The notes beneath the pieces were generated by a model that was given only the letters and a program-made list of their open reading frames with translations, had not been told where the DNA came from and searched no databases. The translations under genes were made by a program, and so were the position numbers. Shown piece by piece: positions 35,983-47,903 of a stretch of DNA of 64,000 bases. Source of the DNA: Pelomyxa schiedti (taxonomy: Eukaryota > Protista > Evosea); contig JAHLWZ010000123.1 in the NCBI GenBank assembly GCA_020536535.1, forward strand, positions 1 to 64,000, read 5' to 3'. Numbering within the stretch: position 1 is the first letter of the stretch; the number at the start of each line of letters is the position of its first letter.

Positions 35983-38900
35983 ATGGAGTCATCTAATCCC
36001 CCGTCGATGTCTCGCACTCGCCCTTCTTCTCCCGCAGTGCTTTGCGTCCCAGCCCCGCACCACATAAATCCCAGTTCCCCAACCGCCAGCTATGCCACGG
36101 CCAGCGCCAGGAGCGACGTGCGCCCCGGCAGCGCGACCGGGGGCCAGCCGCGGGATGCGGAGGAGGAGGGAGGGGCCGCCGCCCCAGCGAGGGCCCTGTC
36201 GGCGCGGCAGGAGCGGGAGCGGTTCCAGGAGCTCAACAGCGGGCCCCTCTGCCCAGGCGACACGCGGTACATCGTGTCGGACCGCTGGATGTCCAAGTGG
36301 GAGCACGGCCGCTGGTGGCCCACCGCGGCCGCCGTCGCCATAACCTCCAGGATCAAGAGCTGGACTGGCTGGTCTTCCTCGCCCTCGCCGTCGCCGTTGC
36401 CGTCGCCCTCTTCCTCTAGTGCTTCTGCCTCTGCATCTTCTTATTACTATGAGCAGCAGCAGCAGCAGGCGTCGTGGATGTCGTCGTGGAGGCACCCGGT
36501 TGGGAGGATTGACAACAGTGACATTGTGGAGGTGCACCCTTTGGACCCAACGAGGTTCATTGTGTCTAAATCGGCTCGCTATACTGTGGTATGTATGCCG
36601 CCTCGATGGAAACCAATTGTGGGAGCGAAGGCGGTGATTGTTTACGGGATTGTTATGGTGGAGAGTGAATTGTACTGGCCCATAATGTTATGTGCGTTGG
36701 GGAGTCTTTTCCTCTTAGTTAAGTAAAACTAACTTGTGAAAAAAAGGTTTCTGATAAGGCTTGGGAGTTTCTGCATGCAAGATATGGTGGAGGACCAGAG
36801 ATTAGGTGCAAAGTTGTGAACAGCCCAACAAGGGGTCTGGTGGTTGATCCAAGGCCTATGTTTGTGTGGGTGTACAAAACGTCAATGCCCTCTGAAAGGA
36901 GATATATTGAAGCCAGCAGGTGCAATAATTTTTTTCTGCCAATCTAGAGAGGATTAATACTATTTTATAGAGATGAATCAATACGGACTTTCAAAGAGCG
37001 CATTTGCATCATGTTTTCTGTTGACCCATTCCTGGTGCGATTGTGGAATGTATGCATCTGCATCAGCTTATATAATCTCACGCACCCTGTTTACCTTTAC
37101 ACAGATATTTGGAGGATTTCGCACGTTGATACATTGTTTGAATTACTCACTGGGTTTGAAAGTGTATGACGAGAGTGCTGTGGAATTGGAGGAAAAGCCT
37201 TGGTCCCAAGATACAAAGTATGCCTCAAAAAGCACCCTGCCGAACCATGACAACCACGAAAAAAGGAACTTTCAAATTGGAACCAAAGTTGCACCTGGTT
37301 TGACAGGGTTGGTGAATATGGGAAACAGTTGCTACGTCAGCAGTGCAATACAGTGCCTGAGCAACGCTGTTCCTTTGAGAGAGTTCTTCCTTTCAGAGGA
37401 GTGGAAAACTAAAATTTCCATTTCCAATCCTCTAGGTGACTCCGCCATTTTTTCCTCACTGATACACTGAATACAATCCAAAGGTTCTCATGGGGGAATA
37501 TGTGAAGAATGGTCTCTGATACAGAAGGCTATATGGGACCCAGTGACAATAAGCATGGCACCTGTGGACTTTTTCCATCAAATCCTCTGCGTCGGGCAAT
37601 TTCTTGGGTGCGCACTTAACATTTATCTGTTCCCCTCCAAACACTGAGAGAGATTTCTAATATATCCGACATGCAGGGAAGGCCAACAAGATGTGCACGA
37701 GTTCCTTGCTTTGGTGCTGGATTTACTCCACGAGGACTTGAACACACCAAAGGCAAAAAGCTGCAACCGCCCTGCACAATCCACAGTATGGAATTTGCAT
37801 CTCAGCACAATTATGTGTTGACTTCTTTTCCTCTTCAGTCGGAAGACAACACTGCCTGGTCGGAACACACGGCACAGAATTGCTCCAAGATTGTTGAACT
37901 CTTCCATGGACAATTGAGGTCTTGCGTTGCTTGTCCCTCGTGCAGATGTGTATGCTACACCCCCATTCTCTTCTCATTGGCCACAATGTAACTTCTATTA
38001 AGGAAGGAGTGACCTATGAGCCGTTTACTATACTGAGTGTGCCACTTCCCCCTGAGGTTAGAATACTGAACACTACATTTTGGCCCTTGAACGCCCCTCC
38101 TCGGAGCACGACCATAGAAGTTGTGGTCAACTCTTCTTCAACTGTTGCGCATGTGCGACGTTCCATCGGCCGTCAGCAAAGTGTGTGCCCCGATTGTGTG
38201 CTACTGGCCGAGTTGTCAAAGAATCACATACTATGTTTCACTCAAGATTCCACACCAGCTTCAGCCCTCACCAATGCTGATAATTTGGCTGCGTACGAAA
38301 TCGGTGTTCCACATCAGTGCAAGGCCGCACCATCTAGAGAAGATTCGGTGGTGAATTTGAACCAGCAAGCAAGACAGGACGAACCCCTCCAAAAAGTGCC
38401 ACAGAACCCAAGATATGGCCATACAGCGCAGGAGGCATCAACCACAAACAGCAGACCGTGTATATTCTTCTTCTATCACACAAAAGAGCGGTATAGGCAC
38501 AGCCCCGTGCATCTCATTCTCCCACCTTCTTGTATTTGCACCGCCAGCGCAATGATTGACTTGAATGACCTCAAGTTACTATGTGCCGCGGACTTGTTGA
38601 AGCGATCTATTCTTGTTCCTTCATCTCAGACAGCGAGTCTCCAACTTCCAGACCCGGAAATGCACAAAGCAATCAGGGAAGCTATCATTTTCGGGGAGCA
38701 CATTGGAATGAACCCCCTTTTACCAGTTTCCGTGTCTCCCTTGATTCGAACTCTTGATGTGAGGTTCTTCAACATCCTGTATGATACTGACAAGCTTGCC
38801 TCTCTTGGTCTGGCCTTGAACGAAACACTCCTTACCAATTCACCACCTGGGTTTCCGCCAACAACTTCCACTCTCATCGCAGCACCCGAAGAGCCTGTTG

Positions 38901-39499
38901 GGTCACTAGAGAATCTGTCAACAGCCATCCTGTGCACAAGGCCGGCAACAGAATCCGAACCGTTACTACAGCTACGACAACAAGACACCAGCAGTACCAA
39001 GAAAAACGAGTCATTTCCCGGAGATTCCCCGGCCGAGCAAACAGTCGACCTCGAAACGTGCATTGCATTGCTTACCGCACCGGAAGAACTTGGGGAAGAC
39101 AACCCATGGATGTGTCCCGAGTGCCGCACAGCAAAACAGGCCACAAAGACACTCGCGGTGTGGAAGGCACCCAGGATTCTGATCGTTCACCTCAAAAGGT
39201 TCACCAACTGGGCATCCAAGGTGAACGTGCCTGTGCGGTTCCCAGCAAGCAGTGGAAGCACATTCAGGATCAAAGTGGGCCACTCTGGGGAGTACGCGAA
39301 GTACCGGCTCTTTGCGGTGTCCAACCACATCGGCTCATCATTGGAATTTGGCCACTACACCGCGTGTGCCAGGAACCCGGATAGCAACATGTGGTATGCC
39401 TTTGATGATACCTCTGTGAGTCCGCTGCCAGAGGATTGGAACGAATCGGTGAGTGCGGCCAGGAATGCATATGTGCTCTTCTTCGAGATACAAGATTAA
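35983..39499 (+). CDS. Ubiquitin carboxyl-terminal hydrolase (USP/C19, DUSP-containing, USP4/11/15-like), multi-exon
   Basis: DUSP RYIVSDRWMSKW..GRIDNSDI and AWEFLHARYGGGPEI; Cys box GLVNMGNSCYVSSAIQCL; QQDVHEFL; His box VSNHIG..GHYTA..WYAFDD; AYVLF. Confidence 0.93.
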
Positions 39500-39703
39500 C
39501 CCTCCATTGTCATCATTCGCCGTTCAAAAGAAAATAATGGAGTTACGTGTTTACTATTTTTTTTCTCCCCGTGGTGATGGGAGAACAGGTCTCACTGCAA
39601 CAAGGATAGTCAGCACTCCCATTTTTACTGGATGGAGGTCTCTGTTAAATGCCTTGATTCTACAGAATATTTTTTTTCCCAAAAAGTACAACGATGACAC
39701 CAC

Positions 39704-41191
39704 ATGCAGTCAGCAAGAAAAAGAAGGGCACGTCAAGAAGCAGTAACAACGGCTACACCAAAGGAACTTGGTACTAACAGCAACGACAACGCAACGACAC
39801 ACCATCATCGTAATCATCAGACCGGCAGAGCCGTGGCTGTGGCAGCGGCACCGACGGCGGTCAGTGCGCCCTCGCCGCCAGCGAGAGCAGTGACCACGAG
39901 GGGGACGCGGCGAGTGCGCAGGCAAACAACGGCCGCCGCGACGGCGACCACTGGGTGCATCATGATGAGTGACCAAGTGTCGGCCCTGCTCATGGCTACA
40001 CACCCGCGGTGCGGGGCCAACAGCCCGTTGCGGGCGCTGTCCGCGGCTGGTGCTGGTGCTGGTGCTGGTGCTGGTGCTGGTGCTGGTGCTGGTGCCGGTG
40101 CCGGTGCCGGTGCCGCTGCTGTGTGTGGCGATGTGAATTTGGCGCTGAGGGTGCTGTGGGGCTGGCTCTGGGGGCACTCGAGATTCTACAATGTGCTGTG
40201 CTGTCGCGTTGCCGATCCTGATTACGAAGTGCTCGTGACATTTGGGGTTTGCATGGACCTACTGACACTGACGCATGGAATGAGGTGGTGGATACCCAAG
40301 GGTGAGGATGTGAGGGTGGTTGGTGCTAACCTGAACTTCCTGGTGCTGATTACCGAATCTTCCGTTCGCAGTTGCTACCTGCACCACAGGGTGGATGGAA
40401 AGAGGGCTAAACTTATTGGAAATATCCTGCCGAACTGCGCATCTGTTCGTGCAAATGGGAAATGGTTTATTTGTTGCACAAACGCAGGGGAGATGTTTAT
40501 CTTTGGGCAACAGAGACAAACTGTTGTGTCACTTCCCAGTGATGACTTGTGTGACCCTCAGTTTGACCGCACTTGCGAGGACCATATTTTGCTGTACAAT
40601 GTGTGCAAATCAAATGACCCTGCTGTCTCTTGCTTCAAAATTATCCTTGTCGACCTTGCTCAGACCAGTGCCTCTGGAAAATTGGTGGTGCTGAGTTCCA
40701 CTGCCTCTCAATTCCCTGGTCCATGCTTATTTCGTAATTTTTATGTGGTAATGACCAAAGAGAGTGGTTCCCACTCGTTTGTGATGCTCAGAAGTAGGGA
40801 CCCCCTTGGGCTCACTATTGTCGAAGAGGGCACAGGGCAACTGCACATGCAACCACAATCACAGTCTGACCAAGAACTATTCTGCTGGTTATCACCACTC
40901 AACCAGTCACAGTTCTGTGTCTCTGGTTTGCACAAAGACACATATGACGCGTGGGACATACGCGACACAACAAAGCCAGTAAGGACAATGAGATGCCTTC
41001 CTGGTTGCACATCTTCTGGTGCCTTTGTGGAAGGTGGCCTCCTGTTCCAAATGAGCACCACCAACAAGAAAATGCATGTGACTGAGGAGTCCTCTGGTGC
41101 CCACATCCTCACTTTGGAATTTTTCAGGCCTGTTAAACCTTTGAATTATCTATGTTTCTCCCTCCCTCTCACCCAGGGTTACTGGGGATGA
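39704..41191 (+). CDS. Hypothetical protein of a lineage-specific 'HPRCGAxSP' family
   Basis: 495-aa intronless ORF with motif DQVSALLMATHPRCGANSPLR, shared with the gene at 57214-58392; beta-rich C-terminal half. Confidence 0.75.
   Translation: MQSARKRRARQEAVTTATPKELGTNSNDNATTHHHRNHQTGRAVAVAAAPTAVSAPSPPARAVTTRGTRRVRRQTTAAATATTGCIMMSDQVSALLMATHPRCGANSPLRALSAAGAGAGAGAGAGAGAGAGAGAGAAAVCGDVNLALRVLWGWLWGHSRFYNVLCCRVADPDYEVLVTFGVCMDLLTLTHGMRWWIPKGEDVRVVGANLNFLVLITESSVRSCYLHHRVDGKRAKLIGNILPNCASVRANGKWFICCTNAGEMFIFGQQRQTVVSLPSDDLCDPQFDRTCEDHILLYNVCKSNDPAVSCFKIILVDLAQTSASGKLVVLSSTASQFPGPCLFRNFYVVMTKESGSHSFVMLRSRDPLGLTIVEEGTGQLHMQPQSQSDQELFCWLSPLNQSQFCVSGLHKDTYDAWDIRDTTKPVRTMRCLPGCTSSGAFVEGGLLFQMSTTNKKMHVTEESSGAHILTLEFFRPVKPLNYLCFSLPLTQGYWG
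40046..40114 (+). repeat. (GGTGCT/GGTGCC)n hexamer microsatellite encoding a Gly-Ala repeat
   Basis: Directly visible tandem repeat inside the CDS. Confidence 0.9.
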
Positions 41192-41755
41192 AAATGGCGA
41201 CTGAATAGACCGCATACTGTTGGCCTCTCTTCTAACACTTACTCGTGTGTCGAATGGGCTTAATGGTACAAAAGAGCACATTGTATGCAAGGAATGTTGG
41301 CCTAGTCATCACCGTAGTTGGTGTCGGACATGAGAACGATTACGCGTTACTAACGACGTGGAATAAGGAAAAGCTTGAACTCCCGCGTTCGAACGACTTT
41401 TTGTAGAAGGTACCGATCCATTGCCTGCAGCACCAACACCTTTCGTTTCATTCCTGATTTGGGACTGGTGTTCCCCATCAGCAACGATTCAGGGACAGTG
41501 CCATAAGTTTTGGAACCCACACAGTGGTGTCGGGGACTGGGGTTCTCAGTGATCAGAAAGCCTGGATAGAAATTCTATTTTCGAGACTTTTTTTGACCTC
41601 AAAAGCTATCAGTTGCAGGGGCGTCACTATTTAATTCAGTTGCCTGCGAGATCGTTTTCTTTTTCCTTTAATTGATTTGTTTCTATCGCGGTCACCGCCG
41701 ATCGTCGCCGTCCCCAATTCCTCCGTCTTCTATCGCTTTGTTGCGTTGTTAGAAA

Positions 41756-43064
41756 ATGGTGTGCTGCTCGTTCAACACGCACTTTTTTTTGTTGTTGTTG
41801 TTGTTTTCTTGGATTCGTCGCCGCCGTTTGTGTAGTTGTCGTTGTTTTTTTTTTCCCCCAAGTCGGGCAACGGTTGTAACGCCTGTTGTTTTACGTAACA
41901 GGGTAAAGTCCGCACAAAAACAGTGAAGAAGGCATCTCGTGTCATCATCGAGAAGTATTACCCCAGGCTCACACTCGACTTTCACATCAACAAGAAAATA
42001 TGCCAAGAGGTCGCCGAAATTTCCTCCAAGAGAATGAGGTGTGTCGAGAAACTCACACGCAGTCACCACCAACCCTTCAAACAAAAATCTATGAGTGTGG
42101 GACGAGGCAGCCAGTAGAACGCACCAGCACATTTCAAACAACAAAGCACTACCCTCCGTTTCTTGAATTTTGACCGCACGCACAGAAACAAAATTGCAGG
42201 ATTCGTAACCCACTTGATGAAGAGAATTGAGAAGGGTCCAGTCCGTGGTATCTCCTTCAAGTTGCAGGTTAGTTTCCTCGTTTCACTTGCAATTCATTTT
42301 TTATTTTTTTCCCACTTCGCGTTCCTACTTCGCTCTCTTACTTTTCCTTTTACGTTGGCTCTTCTCTTACAAATCCCAGGAAGAGGAACGCGAGCGCCGA
42401 GATAACTACGTTCCCGAGAAGTCTGAGGTCAACACCGAAAAGATCCGCGTTGACAAGGATACCAAGGCCATGCTTGCCGCAATCGGTGTGTTACACTCAC
42501 CCCCAACACCCGAAAACCAACCAAACAATAGGCATGGGCTCCATCACCGTTGAACTGATTGACACCCGAACCCGATCTCAGCACGTTGCCGCCAAGGCCA
42601 CCGCCGTAGCTGCAGCTGAGGTATATTCCTTCCCTCCCCAGTCCTACCTCCAAACCAACCAACCCCACACATTACTCTCCTGTCTCTTTCAACACAAATC
42701 GTCTTACACATGAATACAGGCAGCCAACCAACTCCGAGCCAAGCAACGCGCCTCTGGCCAGAGACAGCCCGGAGGCCCAGCCGCCGCCGGACCAGCAGGC
42801 CCAAGGGTCCCAAGACCACCCAGAGCAGTTATGGGAGGAGCTGCCGTGGGTACTGGAGTTGGTGGGATGGTGATGGGAGGAGCTCGAGGCAGAGGAGTCC
42901 GACCCCCACGCATTGTGATGAGCAGTGCCCCACAGACCCAGCAGCAACCAAGGGGCCCCAGGCAACCAATGATGATGATGGGAGGCAGGCCCCCAATGAT
43001 GATGATGCAACCAGCAGTCGGAATGGCTCCAATGGGCGTCATGCAGCCAATGATGGGCCATTGA
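41756..43064 (+). CDS. RPS17: 40S ribosomal protein S17 (eS17) with a long C-terminal extension, 6 exons
   Basis: M|[39 protein letters not shown]|[27 protein letters not shown]|[13 protein letters not shown]; further in-phase exons run to the stop at 43064. Confidence 0.95.
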
Positions 43065-43510
43065 TGGACCTACCTGAACGAGACCACCAGTACTGCACCG
43101 AAGCCGGCACTCACGTTGGGCAAAACACAGAGCAAGGACCGTTAGCCCTTCACACGCAAATAAATATAGTTTCCCAAAACCCGTTTCTTTTGTTTTTCTA
43201 TTGTCCTCAAGGTCGAAATTTCCTAATAATAACACAGCAGGTCCATGAAGACACTTGGAGTCCTCAGTCTCATCACCTGTGTAAAACAACCACAGAAGAA
43301 TTTATCAAAAACACTCGGTGTTGCCACCAAGATACCCTAGATTCTACAATCTAAGTCACTCGATACAGCCTGAAAACTTTATCTGGTAATAAAACGGTCA
43401 CTTGAAAGGGCAAACACCTTGAGTGGGAAAGTGGTGGAAGACAAGGAAACTTTTTCTTTTCTTTTATGAGGTACACCTCTTTCACAATTTGGTTTTTGGG
43501 CTGTTTGCAT

Positions 43511-45470
43511 TTAGACAGGGTAGAATATTTTGGGCTCTCCATGCAACAAGACAACATCAAACTGGCCGTCTTCCACATAAATACAGTCTGTGGGATAGAA
43601 CCTTGTGGGGGTGAGAAAATGAGGTAGTAGGTAAGGAGAGGAAAAGTTACAGATTGCACAGCTTAGTACCATCCTGTTTTGTGGGTTAGTGGTGTTTTTA
43701 TTTTGGATGGGATTTCATACGGCATATGGTTGGTAGGTGATAGTTCTGGTAATGCTTGCTTGATTTGTTCCACTGATTCCCAATTAGAATAGAAAGGTGA
43801 AACGGAAAAGGCTTACCCATTTGTTAAGGCTACGAATGTTGTTCCTCGTGTGAAGGCATAGAAGTTGTTATCAGCGTAGCGTTGTACTTGTGATTGGGTC
43901 CAGACTTTGGCTGACTTGCGGTAGGTTATCACTGTCTGAAGGAATGTGTACAAGTCGGATGTGGTGGAATATCCAGATGTCCACAACGGCTCGCGGTTGT
44001 TGGGGTCACTTCCACCGCTGTAACCTTGCTCCTACGCATTTATTAGCCGTGGCAACCAGATCAAGTTTTTTATTACAGTGCCATAGTACACAATTGGTAT
44101 GCCCTGAGACATCAAGATGTACACAAGTGCGTTTTTGTACATCCAGTAGTCGCTTTGTCCATTCAAGAACCTGTAGCAGTCAATCCAGTGTTGTGTGGAG
44201 AAGCAAGAAAGAAAGAAAAACCTTGCTTGGTCGTGGTTATCAATGAAGTTGCCGAGAATTGACATATCTGAGAAATACTGCGCATAAGAATTGAGCTCAC
44301 TCTCGATGTTGTACATAGAGTTTTTGCTTTGAAAAACACCCTGTCAATTTGGATCAGCCATGATGTTGTTCTTGCTTGGAAATACCCTCAAAGTGAAGAA
44401 CATGGGGTAGCTCAGCACAGAGTCAACATAGCCCTGATAGCCAGCCACATAATCAACCCTACCGTCATATACTTCCCCTATTCCGAAAACGCCAGCAGAT
44501 TCCTGGAAACCAGTCCAGAAGGACTTGGAAACCTAAGGAAAGAAGTGAATATTTCCCCAGGGGCAAAAAATGATACGGTCTACCTCTGGAACAGTATCTA
44601 TGCGGATACCATCTGCTCCATAGGTACTAACAAGATTCTTTATCCAGGAATTTAGAGTGCTATTCACATAGGAGTTAGATTGATCCAAGTCTGGGAGACC
44701 AGCTAGTCGGCAATGCTCAACCTGTGCAGACGCTAAATCAAGAGAACAGGGAAACGAAATCAATACTTGATTCTGATTTGAATAATCTTCAATGTTGCAG
44801 CTCTGAAAGAAAGACTTAGTTCGATGAAAGCAAATACAAATTAATACCGAGGGGCAACCAGAACAGTCATGGTAGTAGGTCGATGTGCTGAAAGGATTTA
44901 TAGAGCTATAATCGTAGCCAACATTGCCTTGAAATGAATTGAGTACTAACGGGGAGTAAAAGATCCTCACCAACATGATTGCCTACTACATCGAACATCA
45001 CCCACATGTTATTATTGTGGCATGCCTTAAAATCTATTAAAGAATGTTCCAAATAGCATGATGTTACCTTAACCAATGTTGTTAAGTCCGCTTCTGACCC
45101 AAAATATGGGTTAACAGAGTAGAAGTCTTGTGTCCAATAGCCATGGTAACCCCCATCAGTGTTCTTCACCACTGGAGTTATCCAGATGGCATCAAATCCC
45201 ATACCTTCATGATTTTGTTCTGTTTAGAAAAAAAATCCCAGGAAACGCTAGTCAACCTTTGATGTATGACAAGTGGTCAGTAATTCCGTCCCACTTTCCG
45301 CCGCAGTAGCTAGACAACGAGCAGCTTGGGGACGAGCCGTCAGCCGTAGCGAACCTGTCTGTGAGCAACTGGTAGATCGTCCTGTCTTTCCAATCGGACG
45401 CAGATCCGCATTGACACAACCCAACGAGCCCCGCAACAACGACAACGGCCAGTACCCCGTTACGCCACAT
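43511..45470 (-). CDS. Secreted alpha-amylase (GH13, fungal/amoebozoan type), multi-exon
   Basis: Signal peptide; WKDRTIYQLLTDRF; GFDAIWITP; GYHGYW; DVVGNH; LAGLPDL; DGIRIDT; FIDNHD; GIPIVYYG. Confidence 0.95.
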
Positions 45471-45816
45471 TATTTTTGTTTTGTTTGGCAGTTTTCGAGA
45501 ATTAATTATTTTTGCGATTGGTCGGTTTTTTTTGTCAGCTTAAAAACCGGGTGAACTGTCACAACATCACACAATGGAAAAGCCCCAAAAGTATTCGGCT
45601 TCGAAGTGAGTACTCGGCGTGATGCTTGTTGTTATTGTGTAAAGTTGTTTATTTCCAAAGATGTACAGGGGAGATATATTGGAAACTGGGAACTCGGAAT
45701 TGGTTTTGTGGGTGTTGTTGTGAGTGATGGACGGTGGGTTGTTGTGTGCTTGTTTGCTCGTGGTTTGTTTGGAGGTGAAGTGTTGTTGTGGGTAAGTCCT
45801 GTCTACAATGATTGAA

Positions 45817-47747
45817 TCAAACTTTATCGAACCTGGGGTCATCTTGTGATGCTGCAGGAATATCCCGCGGTTTGATGAACAGGACAATAAGTGTGAGTGG
45901 GATGAAGCCGAGCATGACATATTGTGAATATATCCAGAAGTACTTTATGATTCGCAGGTTATACACGCACATGGAGAACATTTCTGGTTGAGTGGTTAGT
46001 GGGTAAAAAAATGTCTTTGGGATGTACACACGGTTAATAGCGGTGGTGTGGGTAAACTGAGAAAATGCTTCAGTGCAGAACTGGGTCACGGTCATAGCTT
46101 CAACCAAGATTAAGGCAGTGTTAAAAAGCATGGCGCTCATTGTTGTTCTCCCAACCCTGGAAGATACAAATCAGTGGGTAAAAAGAGAAATGTTCCACAT
46201 ACTCCATTGGGTAAATTGGAATCAAGAAGAAAAACCGCATCCCAAATTTGAAAGTTCCCTTCATAACACACAACAGCAAGTAAAATGCCATGATACCATA
46301 AAATATTGTCCCGAGCATGCCCCACGCGTCATTCAGTTTTATGGCAACAGTGTTTAAGAAGGGATCAATTGGACCATTTGGAGGCATGTATATAATGATA
46401 TGAAGAATCCACATAATTGTCACACCAATACTGAAGGGTGGGAAGCTAAGTTGAGTTGAAGTAACACATCAGAACAGCAAACCTAAGGAACCCGAGAACT
46501 AATTTGGCATGTGCTATAAATAGTTTCACACCCTTGAAAGAGTAAGAATCTTTGAGGCGCTGATACTCCCAATCGAGAAGATATACTGACTATTATATTA
46601 TAGTGAGTTTGGAAACAAGGATAGTTGAAGACCTGGCGGAATTGGTTGAGCTTCTCTCTGTATTTGCGAGCCGGGATCTTTCCGTGAACTCTTTTTTCCT
46701 TCAACGTTTCTCCAACTTTCTTGAGCTCGAGAACCTGCTTTGCAAGTTCGTGCTTATGCTTTGTGAACCTGGGAAGAGCATAACAACTAACAGGGGGGAA
46801 AACGGAAATTTGCCCACGTGTCTTCACTGATTGTCCTTGGACGATACTTAAAATCAGCAATAAGATCAAATGGCAAAGCTGCTAGGCCAATGCCCCCCAT
46901 GATAACCATCAAGAACCATCTAGAGAAATGTTACTTTGTTTAATGTGAGAAGGTTTAATTTAACCCAAAGAATGTTACACTGGATATAACATAAAGGGCT
47001 GGGCTAACTCTGATGTTGGTGTTGATACTGGAACTGGCACACTATGTGTGGGTCAGCAATGGGTGAAGGGAGGTACTGGATTTGCCTGAGGACAATCAGA
47101 AGTAGGTATTAGATCAGATATTGAACCACATAGAAGGCGCTGCACTGGAACCTCTGCAACACCAAAGAAGATGTAGGTCACCACGAAAAATATGGTGAAT
47201 ATTATCAGGACTACAACTACACCGCATATGCCCCCGCGGATTTGTTTGCATATGCTGTAGTGGAATGAGTAAACATCAGTGTACCATTAGAGTCACACGA
47301 ATTGTTTTCTGCCTCTTCAGACTCATAATAAAACATGGAGAAAGGTACAACTATAATTGCCAATGCAGCCATTGTAATGTACACAACCAACCAGATAATA
47401 TCCATAGGAATTTCACCGTCGGGAGGACCACGGTTAGCAACCTTTTGATTTGTTTGAAATTGTTGGTGAAACAGCGCGTACATCCAGAGGTAGCATCAAA
47501 ATACTGCACTCAGAGAGTTCCAAACTCACAAGCTTTTTTTCCCCCACGAAAAAGAAAAAGAGAAAAAAAAAAAAGTTAGGCATGTACGGCACCATCGCTT
47601 AAATTTTTAACTCACCACCACGGCCTTTGCCGCCCATGCGGCGAACTTGTCGTCAATGTGCTGGAAGTACACAATGAAGTATACGTTTGCCGCCAGCAGC
47701 ACGATTGGGAAAACGATCATAAGCACCAACAGCCATATGTTGATCAT
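45817..47747 (-). CDS. LMBR1-domain (LIMR family) multi-pass membrane protein, multi-exon
   Basis: MINIWLL..NVYFIVYFQHIDDK; LPLDVAN; VVPFSMFYYE; GGIGLAALPFDLI; GTFKFGMRFFFLIPIYPM; TMSAMLFN. Confidence 0.88.
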
Positions 47748-47903
47748 CTCTGCGTCTCACGCACTTTCGTGTGTTTGTCGTATTTTGTCGTTGTTCCGGT
47801 TCCGGCGTCACCGTGTATTACGATAGGTTTTTTTCTTTGTTTTAGTTTCGTCCTCTTTGCGGGCCTCTGATGGCCGACGGACTTCATCAGAAAATACAGA
47901 AAC

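Noticed and set aside
41200-41600. Possible tRNA or Pol III element (gttcgaac) upstream of RPS17
   Set aside because: No cloverleaf and no properly spaced A box could be built.
42039-42185. Intronic snoRNA in RPS17
   Set aside because: No convincing C/D or H/ACA box arrangement visible.
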